A stretch of DNA of 64,000 nucleotides from Felis catus. Lineage: Eukaryota. A program made the translations under genes and the position numbers. The notes under the pieces are model-generated. The model made no database searches, had not been told where the DNA came from, and worked only from the letters and a program-made list of their open reading frames with translations. Below are positions 37,097 to 49,284 of this stretch, in pieces; within the stretch, counting starts at the first letter, position 1, and each line of letters begins with the position of its first letter. Where the stretch lies: assembly GCF_018350175.1 (NCBI RefSeq), contig NC_058376.1, positions 72,912,001-72,976,000 of the forward strand, in the 5' to 3' direction.

Positions 37097-40000
37097 CTTC
37101 CACTGGAACCAGTCTGTTGATCCTGCCAGCCTGCAGGGAAGTTTATGATGCCCTTCATTACATCACTAGTCCCCCGTGGCCTGCCACTCTTTACCCTGTT
37201 TCCTTGAAGGTGCCCCCAGAGTCTCACAGAGCGCATGCTTTCTCATCCAGAGCAGTGTTCTTTCTTCGCTTCTCACAGTGAGTCCCGCACTACTTTGTAG
37301 ACCTTCGGTGAGACGTGATGAATCAAAACCTTTGGCCAGAACACAGTGTTAAGTAGGGGAGAGAGAGAGGCCCCCGCAGAGTAAACAGCCCAGTAATGGA
37401 ACACGTGGCTGGATGGCCCACAGAGAAGGGTGCCCAGAACAGTCTGCCAAGCCCACTCTCGTTGTCGGAGAGCAGAGTTTAGCAACACTGAGACCCTGAC
37501 CCTGAGAACAACAGGCAGCTCCTCCAGAAACCGAGGTGGCTGCGGCTGAAGCTGAGGAGAGCAGCCAGCCCCACTGCTATTTCTGAAGGAACCCCGTGTG
37601 GTTACTCAACGCGCTGTAATTAAGCTCATCTATAATTTGATAAGTGGGAGCAGCCTCCAATTTTACAGAGTAATTAAGTCTCACTGAGAGCAGCACAAGG
37701 TGTTTCTGGGCCCCAACATCCCCTGAGGTTGGTCCCCATTCACTCTCTCTCTCCCTCCTCTAACATGTGCCCATCGATGCTGAGCCAGAATGGTCCTCAG
37801 GCACGGCCCTGGCCTGCTCTCTCCAACCCTCAGGCCCTCACCCATGCCCAGGCCACTGGTGGATCCCACAGGCCACACCCGCAGTGAGACACAAGCCTTA
37901 GCCTCCCTTCCACACTGCTCTCTGCGAAACTGTGGGCTAGGAGAGAGCTGAATTCAGTGCTCCCCCCATCACTCCCTCACGGGCTACATGGCCAGCCTCT
38001 GAGTGGGGTCCAGCCTAACTCAAGGGCCCTGATGGGGAGACTGAGGCAACCTGGGAGTAAAGGAAGGGGCCCCAAGGATGGAATCCAAGCCTGGTTTGTC
38101 TTGGCTCTCCCACTTCCTGGGCCTGTGATCTCGGGCAAATCACGTCACCTCCCTGAGGCTCAGTTTCCTTATCTGTAAAATGGCAATAGTGGTCCCGCCT
38201 AAGTCATAAGCGGTTGGTGAGGATCAGATGAAAGATGACTCACAAGCGGACACACGAGCGTAAGAAGTTGTCAGCATCTCACCAAAGGTACTGAAACCTG
38301 TCTCCAAGTTCTAGCTGCTTGAGGAGACGCAGGTGGCCACTCAGCGTGAGGAGTATGGAAACCTTGCCAAATGAGGGACCTGGGCTCTTGAACGTGACCC
38401 GGCCATTTCCAAACACCCGGTGTCCTGTGCAGTTCTGGGTCATCGCCACTTGCCAAAGGAGTTATGTTAGGGGTGGTGGGTTTTGGCTCAGTCTTTGGAT
38501 AAATTCTCCCCAACCAAGGAAACGTTGTCTCAGGAAGTAATGAGCCTCTTGTCACTGGAGGACTTCAAGGCTTGGCCAGCTCTCTGGAGGCTGAGAGTCA
38601 GGCTTGATGGTGGTTGAATCCCCTTTTCCCCTCTGAGGTTCTGGGGGCTCCTAGCAGCCTGTCCCAGCCCTAGTCCAAGGCCCTGGTCCCTGGGGCAGCA
38701 AGTCTCACCCTACACTTCTGAAGCTGCTACTCACAAACCACCTTCCGTAGTGCCTGCGCACATCAGGAAGGCCTTGTCTGTTTGGTCTCCAGCAGAGCAC
38801 CAGGGCCCCGTAGCTCTCCTTGTTCTACATCCTTATCTGTGGATTCTCAAGCCCCATGCTCATACAACCCTCGAGCACACTGGGAGCAGCTACAGAGTCT
38901 GTCTCTGCCCAAGGTTGGGTTTCGGCATTCCTAGAGCATGCCCTCAGAAATGCCACTGATGGGGGCAGTGTTGGCCCAGTCAGGGCACATTTCCTACCGG
39001 AGGGACACTAATGGGCTCCTCTGGCATATGCTCTCCTAGGGAGTGGCACGCGGAGCCCAAAGGGGGAAGGGAAGGAGGGGATGGCTCATGTGGCAGTGCT
39101 CTGTGGCTGTTACTGTGTATATGCTTACAGATTTTTCTCACTGTTACGTAATTGAGGTATTTTTTTCCCCTCCTTATTTTAGATCCTGGTGCCATCTGCC
39201 CTGCTTTTCATGCATCACTAGCTCTGGGCTGGAGGTTAGATCTGGCTTGGCCACCTAGTTCTATCCCTCACTTGGCAAAAGACTTGGGGTAATCTGCTTC
39301 CTTATGTGTAAAATGAGATAGTAACCCCACCCTGCCACCTCCCAGGGCCACTGTGAGACTCAGGGGAGCGGCAGTGAACTGGCTGTGGAAAGCACCCAGC
39401 ACTGCACAGCTCTGCCCGGTGGTTATCTGGCAGCCTGAGCCTGGTGCCACCCAAGCAAGAGAGCCTCTGCTTGCTCATGTCTGCACCTGCACCAGACGGG
39501 CTTCACATAGCTTTGCAGAGCCAGGCTCTATTTGAGATGCAGGAAGTGAACAGGCCTCACAGGTGGGGAGTCTGGCAGACCGCACCCCCCCCCCCCCCCG
39601 CCCCACCAAGGACAACAGGGACACCATCCCAGCAGCTGGCAGCAGGCAGGGCCAGGCTGGCCCATCACCTGCTCATAAGCTTCTTGGTCCCAAGTAGAAT
39701 GTTAAGTGCACCTTGTCAGAAGCATCTTGCAAAAAGCTCTCACCCAGTCTCCGGCCATCAAGGAGAGTACCCTAGAGAGTGGATGCCATTTGTACCCAGC
39801 AGAACTGGAGCCTCCTCCCTCCCGTCACCACTCCCAAGAAGGGGCAGCTCTCTGCTGACAGACAAGCAGTGACGGTCTAGGTGCCAGGGGACCCTGATCT
39901 GCTTAGTTCCCAGGGCTGTTGGGGCGAGGTGATGGTGAACAGCACCACTCAGGAGACTTTCAGATCCACGGTGACACTAGGTGAGTCACTTTCCCTCTTT

Positions 40001-40921
40001 GGGTCTGAGTTATATCATCTGTAAAATGGGAACAACCACCTCTGTTCTGCCCACTCAGCTGTCTCTTGTAAGGATGAGGACGAGACGTGCACCCAAGGAG
40101 GCTCAAGGCTGCCAGGGTGAAAGGTAATTGTGAGGTTTTCATTACCATTGAGATTATCTGGAAAGAAGGTGTCTGCGCTTTTCAATCACTGGGGTAAAAA
40201 TAAAAACTCCAGGAAGCCTGGAGGCCAGTCTAGCAGTCCTGTATTACTCCTGGAGACCCCAGCCGATGAAGATATGGCTTGTCCAGTGCTCAGGTGACTG
40301 CTGATCCTGACCGCTTCCCCTTCCCTCTGGTTCCTGGGTGTCCACGTACACATGTAACTCCAAGTGTCGTGTCCATTTCTCTTTCATAAATTTGAGCACG
40401 AAAACAAAATCTCCCAAGGTGTAGAAATGCGATCCTGAAAGGTAAGCTCTGTGATTTAAAAGGATGTGATTGTTATGTGAACACGATGGCTATCAAAAGT
40501 CCACCTCTGGTCTCTAAAAGGCTTCAGCCCTGCCTGCCCACCCCATCATCCCCACAGGCCCTTTCAGGCCTCACCCTGCTGACAGGTGGCTGGGTAGGGC
40601 ATCTCTGATTAAAGACAGAGGGGACCAAGGCCCAAAAGGCAGGCTGAATTTCCTCCTTGTCCAACCCCCTATTCCTTGGCACTGCCTGAGCCCCGCCGGA
40701 GGCCAGGCCCAGCTGCACAGCTGTTCTTCTGCCTTCTCCTGGTGGCAGGCTCCGCCTTTAAGCCAGACAGCTATTGAGCAGGAGTGCTGTTTCTAAAAGG
40801 GTCTTGCGTTTTTGTGCCCAGATTGTCTGGGAGGTGGGGATCTGGAACCCTCTGAGACCTCAGGCATTGGTGGAAGCACCCAAGTCCAGAGAAGAGGCCA
40901 CAGGGGCTGCAGAAGAGGCAG

Positions 40922-40940
40922 AACGCCCTCTAGCGGCCAT
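40922..40940 (-). promoter_or_regulatory. Strong CTCF-type motif (TGGCCGCTAGAGGGCG)
   Basis: Close match to the CTCF core consensus, with both CpGs retained. Confidence 0.65.
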
Positions 40941-41841
40941 CCTAGCCATTCCAGGGAGAGGCGGAAGTGCCGGTTTGATTTGAAGGGCTGGCGCTCAGGA
41001 CTCTACCATGGGGGGGGGGGGGGGGGCAGCCACCTGGAGGAGAGAGTGGGGCCTGGTTTTGATCCAAACATCCAGGCTCTGGACAATTGCAGGGATAGCC
41101 ACTTGCAAACCCAAACCCAAGAAGTGATAATACACTCTGCCTATCAGTGACCTGGCTTTTGATTAGAAATAAGGCCATAGCGGGAAAGCAAGCCATCAGT
41201 AAAGGCCACCCTGAGTTTGTGTGTGTCTGTGTGTGTGAAGGCTACTCTGTGTGTATCTGCGTATACACATACTACATGAGACAGGCAGGGAGCCTGGACC
41301 TACCCCTGGTGCAAGCTTATGTACCATGCACGGTTCCTGCCAAGGATGCCCCATCACCATGGTCGCACCCCAGGCAAAACTAAGCAGACTCAAACCAGAA
41401 ACAAACCAACCTCTTAGCCAACAAGCACCTCTACACAAGTCCTAAGAGAGGTTGGAGAAATCACAAATGGAAATTTCCAGAATGTCCCCACCCCTTCGAA
41501 TTGCTGGCTCTGGGTCACACACAGAGGCACCATGGACATGCAAAGGGGTGCTCAGGTGAGGATACAGAGCTCATCACAGGATTCTCAGGTAGCTGGATTC
41601 AGAGCAGCCCTGGAACACAAAACATGAGGCGATCCTACAGCAGTGGCAGGAGCACACAACCTGGACCATTTACAGGCAATAAATGGGTTGCTCATGTATC
41701 CTCTTTGGGCCGCAAATTCATGTACCAAAAGAAAGAATATCTGTCCTTTCCACCCATCAGGCTGGTTTAAGAATCAAATGAGATACATTTTTGAACTGAT
41801 GTTTTGGCTTTAAAATGTGAAGAATTGATAATAAATCTGTT

Positions 41842-41847
41842 TTTAAT
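41842..41847 (-). terminator. Candidate proximal poly(A) signal (ATTAAA) for BDH1, ~310 nt after the stop
   Basis: Plus-strand tttaat at 41842-41847, followed on the minus strand by AT/T-rich sequence; I saw no minus-strand AATAAA nearer the stop. Confidence 0.5.
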
Positions 41848-42155
41848 ATAAACATGTCTTCCCAAACGCTTTGTATGAAATCCGCTCCAGAGAGTTGGAT
41901 GTACCGTGTTTGCCCTGAGGTTTGGGGGCCCTGCACACCACTCCATACCATGACTGCGAAGGCCCAGACCACTCGTTGTGCGCACAGTAGGTCTGGGCTG
42001 TCCCCTCTGGCTAATGCTAAAACGGGTGGTAGGTCCTCCTGAGACTGTGTGTGGATAATGCACAAGTAGGTAGTCAAGATCCTCCCTCCCTCCCCCCCCT
42101 CCCTCCTTCCCTCCCACCAAGGCTCCCCAACAGAGAGAGGCCAGTGGGAGACTCT

Positions 42156-42625
42156 TCAGTGTATGTAGATCCTGTCGGAGACCGCTCCGGGCAAGTGGGT
42201 CATGATCTGCATTCGAAGCCACCAGTAGTAGTCCATGGGGTGGTAGCGAGTGTAGGGCGTGGCAGAGGTCAGAGCGTGGGTGACGGCCTTGATGACAGGG
42301 GATGTGTCTGTGGAGCCACTGTTACAGTAGGTCTCCATCTTGGCGATCTTCTCATCAAAGTACTTCCTGCCATAGTCCTTGCGCACCACCTCAGGCAGTT
42401 CTTCCCACATCTTATTGGCAATGGCCTGGATCCGCTCAGGGCTATAGAGGCTGGTGGCAGCAATGAAGTTGCCAGGCTCCACCACGCTGACCTTCACGCC
42501 CAGCGGGTACATCTCATAGCGCAGGCAGTCAGAGAAAGCCTCCACCCCGAACTTGGTGATGCAATATGGGGAGCGGGCTGGGTTGGCCATGCGGCCCAGC
42601 ATGCTGCTGATGTTGACAATGCGAC
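42156..42625 (-). CDS. BDH1: BDH1 last coding exon (470 bp including TGA): [39 protein letters not shown]...[28 protein letters not shown]
   Basis: Catalytic YxxxK (YCITK) and NISS motifs; acceptor ctctgtag|GT; stop TGA at 42158-42156; BDH1-type C-terminus. Confidence 0.97.
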
Positions 42626-43869
42626 CTACAGAGGGAGACGGCAAACACCTGCTCAGGAAGCACTGCCTGGTGGGGCAGAGGGCCGGGGGCCCGGCATGTT
42701 TCCAGAGGCCTGGCTGCAACTGGCTTCCTGGCCCTGCCACCTGTTTTGCTGCCTGTCAGGCTGGGGCCTGGACTTCTGAACCACCCAGGGTCAAGGGGCC
42801 TTCTTGTTTATAGTCAGCTCAGGCCCACATGTCAGGATGAACCTCCCTGATATTTCCCAGGCAGCTGACTGTGCCAGGCAGGACACGGGAAGAACAAAGA
42901 GCAGGCTGCATACGAAGAAGGCACACAGAATGGGCAAATTTCTATCACCTGCCAGGGCTCCAGCTGCAAGCAGGCAGGGCCAGGATTCTGCACCTGATTT
43001 CAGGGCTAGGCCATGTGGACAGGGTCTCCGGCACCGGAAGAGAGTGGCGACCTCAAGAGGCTTTCCCACAGACCCAGCCTTGGGTAGTGGGATACAGGTG
43101 GAGCTGATCCAAGTAAGCCCAAGCAGACCTGGCACCTGCTTGCCCTGGCTGTGCACTCAGCAAGTTAAGGCACAGCCTCATCCTGGACACTGTGGGGAGG
43201 GCAACTTTCAGAAACTTCTAAGCTGGAAGTCACTGGAGGGTTGGGGTTTTCTTCTAAAATCCTACAGCTGCTCTCTGGGTTTATCCTATCACTGCCGAAA
43301 CTTTGGGATAGACCGTATGGATTGTGCCCTTTTTTCCATTATTGTTTGCTATCTAGGGAGAAAATCTGAATCAGTCACTTCCTAACCAACTGACACGGTT
43401 TGAGTGTTTTGTCTGGTTCCAGATTTCTAATCCCGACTGTTACTATTACTGTATTTTACTTACAACCACAATCATCTTATTTTTTAACTGTGGCACAGTA
43501 ACTCATAGAACGGATATACCAAAATTTACTTAACCACACCTCTGTTGATAGTTGCTGTGCACACACAGCTCTGTGCACAAGGGTGGTTATTTCTCTAGAT
43601 TAGGTCCCGAGAGTGGGATTATTGCTGTTAATTTTTCAGCCTTTGAGACTGCTGACCTCTTAGCGGCCCTTCTTCCTAAGAATCACACATCACTTTCCAT
43701 CTGCCTGGCCATGGCACCTCCACTTACCACCATCCACAAGACCTGCACAGCCCCTGAGAGTCAGGTGCTCAGCCTCATCGGGGAACGGATGCTGGATCTG
43801 CTGAGACCAAGTTCCATACTAAGCAAAGAAGAAAAGGTGGGGCAAGAGGAAGATCCCTTTCCAACTCAC

Positions 43870-44022
43870 CTTTGGCCCTTCGGATGAGGGGCAGAAAGGA
43901 TTTTGTCATCCGCACCGTGCCCCAGAGGTTCACTTCTGCCACCTCCTTGTAGGTCTCCATGCTGGTGAACTCCACCTCTCCGAAAGTCGAGATGCCCGCG
44001 TTGTTGACCAGGCCCCACATGC
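43870..44022 (-). CDS. BDH1: BDH1 penultimate coding exon (153 bp): [51 protein letters not shown]
   Basis: SDR NNAG motif; acceptor ctgtccag|GC, donor AAAG|gtgagt; phase 1 at both ends. Confidence 0.97.
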
Positions 44023-46756
44023 CTGGACAGGATGGGACAGAACTGCAGTCACCACCTAGCCTTGGCCTCAGACCTCACCCATCAGCCTGCAGCCCAACCC
44101 CTCCCTGCTCTTGTCCCTTTCCCCCCAAACTTGCCACTTCCTATCCAAGGCTCTTGGGACACTTTCTAGAGTCACCAAGAATAACAGGAGACCAAGAGGA
44201 CGAAAGTGCTGGCTGTGACGCTCCCTTAAGTCTAAAAGGTCCAATTATCATCTTGCTTCTACCTGCATTGACTCTCTGGGCCCCACCATGACCCAGCCCT
44301 GCCAGGTGCCCTCAGTCCTGAGTCCCACATCGGCTAACTCGTTTCCACTCTGCATCATGCAGTCACATCCTCACACCCTGCACCCCGCACTGAGTATTCA
44401 TCCCTGCCTCTGCAACTTCACCTGAATTCACCCTCCTGCCGGAAGCCAGGAGAACCACAGGAGTCTTCCAGGTCAAGCCTTCTCTGGAGGTCAAGGGAGG
44501 GACCCGGCCTCCAAGGTCACATAGCAGTGAGAGGCTCAGCTAAGGCTTGACCTCAGGCCGAGCCCCAGTCCTACTCCACCCTGAGACCCTTCTGATCATT
44601 ACTGCATTCTCTGATCTCCCTTCTGTGAACCACACACTATTTGCTGGTTACCACTGGTAAGCCCCAGTGTATACGTACACCTGGCCTTTGTGGGTAGAGA
44701 ACCCCCCTCAGCCTTGTGTGGTCCCAGGTGGAGTATGGAATCGGGGCAAACGTACACTCTTGAGTATACTTGGGTTGACTGTTTCCGGCAAGACCAGCTA
44801 GGGGAGAGCTGGTTTCTGTAGACTCAGTGAACACTGGTGCTGGAAGGATCCTTGGAGCTCTGACGACTACTTTTACAGCCAGGGAAGCAGAGGCCCCGAG
44901 GAGAAGGGACTGGCTTCAGGGTGCCCCAGAAGTCAGAGGCAGAGCTGAAATGGGGAAAGTGGCACCGAGGAGGCGGCCTTGATTTGCAGGGCCCTCTGAG
45001 TTCTGTTTTTGGGGGGCCAGGGCTGGATGGGCTGGAGCCTCAGGGCAGAGCTGTCCTCCAGGGCCTGTCCTCCTGCTGCCTGTGGGAACCCTGGCCCTGC
45101 TTCACTTTCCAAGTTAATCATGGAAATGAGTTTGTGTAAATGACAGAGTGATTGGTCTCTCGCTGCTTTTCTTCCGTGTTACCCAAATTAAAGCTTCAGC
45201 TGACCTCTGGTGCCTTCTCCTTCAATTACAGAGAATTAAGGACATTTATTAAGAGAGGAAATTGCTGGTTAACAAAGTGCTCATGAGGCTCTCACTCCCA
45301 CTCCCCACAGCGGCTGAGCTGACGCCTCAGGCTCTCAGGTCTCACCAGTGACCTCGCAGTGACGCAGCCACTACAACTCCCATCCTGCAGACCTCCCCGG
45401 GGAAGTCTTCACCCCTCTCTTCTTCCCAGGAAGGGCAGGAGGCCTCCCGCCACCTGACAAGGCTGACACTTCACTCTCCACCTTCCAAACCATAAGCCAT
45501 CACTCCTTGTCCCTTTTTTATGCAACCTCAACCCTTCCCTTGCCCCTGACCCCCTCCCTTCAGCCTTATACCCATTAGATGCTCAATAAATGTTTGTCAG
45601 ATAAGTGCATGTCTACAAATACCATGTCTCAACACTCTAAAGAACCTTCTCTTAACCATGCTACCTCCTCACACCGCTGTCTGCTCTCCTTCCCTCCACA
45701 GCCCATTTCTCTGCTCCCCTGGGCCCCAGCCCTGCTGCTGCTCCATGGTGACTGCGGTGCTACCTGCTGAGGATGTCACCGTCCCCCCCATCCCTCCCTC
45801 CCATCTTCACTCCCCTCAACCTCCCACAGTATGAGCACGACTCATGGTGCCTGACATTCACTCCTCCCTTGGCATTAATGATACCCAAGCACTCCTCCAT
45901 CCTCCCTGACACCCTTCTTCTACCTGCCCCCTAAATACAGGTGTCCACCAATGTCCTGTCCTACACCACCTTCTCTTAAATTACACTTGGTGCTCAGGCA
46001 GCCTCGTCTTCTTTATGTTCATGGAAATTTCCAGCTGCTTTGTGTTTGATTCACACAGGACAGTATCACACTTAAAATGCATACAGGGATTTTTTTTTTT
46101 TCCCAACTAAAAACTAATTACATCTGACACTGATATCCAAAAAAGTGTAATTGAACTTGACCTGTGGAAGCACATTGCTCCTGGATTACAGCTCTGCTGA
46201 CTTGATAAGCAGTAACAGTTCGCGGACCTAGGAGCTCTCTGGAGTCCTCAGCCAACATTCCAAACCCACTCACAGTGAACATTCCTGCTGTTGTCCTGCG
46301 ACAGCCCCGTCACATCACCGCCTCTGCGTCAAGGGTTCCCATGTACCCCTTGCACTCATGGCTCTCTCCTAACCCCGGTCTCCTCCTCCTGATGGGCACT
46401 TTCACCTCAATGCTCCCCAGGGCCCCAGCACCCCCGACCCACAGCAACACGTCACTCTCCAGCTGCTCCAGCCCGCACCTCCTCTTTGCTAACAGCCTCA
46501 CTTTCATCTGGTTCCTCGCTTCTCCCCCCATCTATGAGTACTGATCAAGAGTATCAGTTGATATTACTGATCAGTTGATACTATTGATCAAGATCAAAAG
46601 GACAGCTGCCAGCCCCTGAATAAGCACTTTGCATGCATTCATTCAGATACTAAGTTGTCCCAGGTCTGGATGAGGCAACCGAGGCTCGGGGAGGTTAAGT
46701 GCCCTGCTCAATGTCACCCAGCTAACAGGTGGACAGGATAGAAAACACAGCCCTCA

Positions 46757-46988
46757 GGGGCGCCTGGGTGGCGCAGTCGGTTAAGCGTCCGACTTCAGCC
46801 AGGTCACGATCTCGCGGTCCGTGAGTTCGAGCCCCGCGTCAGGCTCTGGGCTGATGGCTCGGAGCCTGGAGCCTGTTTCCGATTCTGTGTCTCCCTCTCT
46901 CTCTGCCCCTCCCCCTTTCATGCTCTGTCTCTCTCTGTCCCAAAAAATAAATAAACATTGAAAAAAAAAATTAAAAAAAAAAAAAAAA
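46757..46988 (+). mobile_element. Young felid CanSINE in a BDH1 intron (antisense to the gene)
   Basis: Perfect 16-bp TSD gaaaacacagccctca (46741-46756, 46989-47004). Confidence 0.95.
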
Positions 46989-49284
46989 GAAAACACAGCC
47001 CTCATGCTCAACTCTGTGCTCCTGTTGGCTTCCTCTGCTGTCACAGAATCGGTGTCTTCTTTCCTTTCCACAGCGTTACTCTGGGTCCTGGTGGCCTCCC
47101 TCCAGTATCATTGGAGAAGACTCTCCCAGGTCTCCTTGTCACAGCCTTTGTCCTCCACCTCCATCCTGATAGGCCGGTCAGCCAGACTGTCCTCTATCAG
47201 TCACTTCCCCCTCTGATAATTCCCTTCCAGAGGGGGTATGTGAGGCCTCCTTTGCCAGGCTTCTTGTTCTGCCCTCTGGAAGCCTGAGCCACCTACGCTC
47301 CTGCCTCATGCTCCACCCCACCCTGCTGCTCCCTGGCTCTGCTCAATGCCCCGTCCCTCAGCCGGAGATGAGAGCAGTTTTTGCTGACTTTCTGCCCATG
47401 GTGCTGCGGCAGTCAGATCTAGGTGTGAGCACTGGATCACTCACAGGCACTTCTCCCACTTCACAGATGGGCAAGCTGAGGCCCACACAGAGGAACATAC
47501 AAGCCTAAGGTCACACTTCTAGTAAGAGATGAAGCCCACAATAACTCCAGTCTTCTCACTCCCAGACTGAGGGAGTCCCAGATGGAGGACAGGGTCTTCT
47601 CTATCTGCAGCATAATGTCCCCGGTGCTGTAACTGTTCGAAATAGGTCCTGCCGTGAAGCCACCAACTTACGCTTGGCTGGTGTCGCACCACAAACTCCT
47701 CCTGCCAGGTCAAACCCTTACTGGTGCTCAGCACACTACCAAGCATGCAGCAGGTACTCAATAAGTATCTATGGACTGTGAGGTTAAGTGATGGTTGCAA
47801 GATCGGGCCTGCCGGTTGGCTCACTGACTTAGCCTTTCCCTGGGGTGCAGGTGGGCAGTGCTGGTTACAGGCTCCAGGTGCCTATCCAGTCACTCAGAGT
47901 TCTGCTGGCAGATGGCTCACCTGCCCTGATCACACAATCCCCTTCATCTCACCCCCCCTGAGCCTGGCTCCCGTGGCTTTGACAGATACTGTTCCACGGA
48001 GCCAACGTGAAGGGCACCAAACTCCTCATCAAAATGTACGCTCCACTTGTCCCGGTTAGGATCCTGTCTGGGTGGTGAGGTGGAAGCAGCCACCCACTTA
48101 GGAACCGCAGGCCGATCTGAAAGCCCCAGAGGGCGCCACCTGGAGCTCAAGGACAGCATTGCCAGAGAAGGGGAGAACTGCAGCGGCTTTACCAGGAAAA
48201 AAACGGCCCTTGGGGTGGGGATGGGGGCCACAGGGAAGGAAGAGAGGTGGAGGGGGAAGTAGGGAGAGAGAGAGAGAGAGAGACCTGGACAACCACATGT
48301 CTGACAGATTTATTCCCTTTTTCAGACCGAAAAATCTTCAAATCTTTTTCCAGAAAATGCAGTATTGGTTAAGTAAGGTCATGGTGTGGTTTATCAGCCC
48401 TCACTGAAATGCGTCATGAGGGAAAATGCAGTAGGGAAAAGTTTACGCATCGAGGCGGTACCAGGCTTTGTGCTCAATGTGGCTCCGGGTCTACCCTGCC
48501 TTGCCTGTCAAGCTAAACGGCCAGACTAATACAGGGAACCGAAACTGTCCTGCCCTGGTGGCAGGGGACAAAGATCAGGATCCTGGGCAGCCCCCAGCTC
48601 TGGTGCAGCCCCACTCTGTGCTCAGGTCTACAGTGATGATTTCTTTCTGTGGGCATTTTAAATCACCACAAACCCTCAGGCTGCAATGGAGTGGCTTTAT
48701 GGTGCTGAATGCAGCTGTTTTCCTGCCTAATCGCTTATGAAGGCAACATCCTGGCAGTCGGGGAAGGTGGGCATGAGGAGGATTTACCACTGGGGAGGGG
48801 TGAGGCAGGCTGTTCCTCTCAAGCTGATAATCATCCCAGTGGGACTCATATCCTGCCTTTTTCAATGGGACAGGAGCCCTGGCTTTGCCTGCTAATTATT
48901 AAACAGATGTTCAGTGAGTGAGGGAACTCACAGGCCTCTCCTCAGAAAGCAGAGAGACCTGGCCATGGCCTGCCTTGGGGTGGGGGCGGCACTGAGCTGA
49001 CAAGGTGACACATCAGCGACAGGCTGGCAGGCCAAGCAACAGCTTCTCCGATAGCCACACAGCACAGGAGTTTCTGAGGCAGCTGCTGGCCTCAGCATCT
49101 TCACCTGCCTGATAAATGCTCAACGGGGCCCAGCACAGGCCCTGGTGCCCTCCCCTCCTCCCTACTAGTGCTTGAAGTCACCATTCAGGAGAGCTGCCCC
49201 CACCCCATTCTGTGGAAAAGCAGAGAACTGAATGAGGTTCTCTTTCTGCATGGTCTACCAGGAAACTCAAAGGTAAATGTCTTA

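Noticed and set aside
41010-41026. Long G or C homopolymers (also ~21465 and ~39585)
   Set aside because: Common in felid genomes, with unreliable lengths in short-read assemblies; no specific function can be supported.
42150-42158. Stop-codon readthrough or selenocysteine at the BDH1 TGA
   Set aside because: Context is TGA-AGA rather than TGA-CTAG, the protein ends at the expected position, and no SECIS is evident.
42626-42740. N-terminal extension of the 194-aa ORF (MAGPGSQ...)
   Set aside because: Intron sequence that happens to be in frame; the exon begins at the AG acceptor at 42625.
42051-42779. 242-aa plus-strand ORF
   Set aside because: Antisense shadow of the GC3-rich last BDH1 exon; no independent sign of coding.
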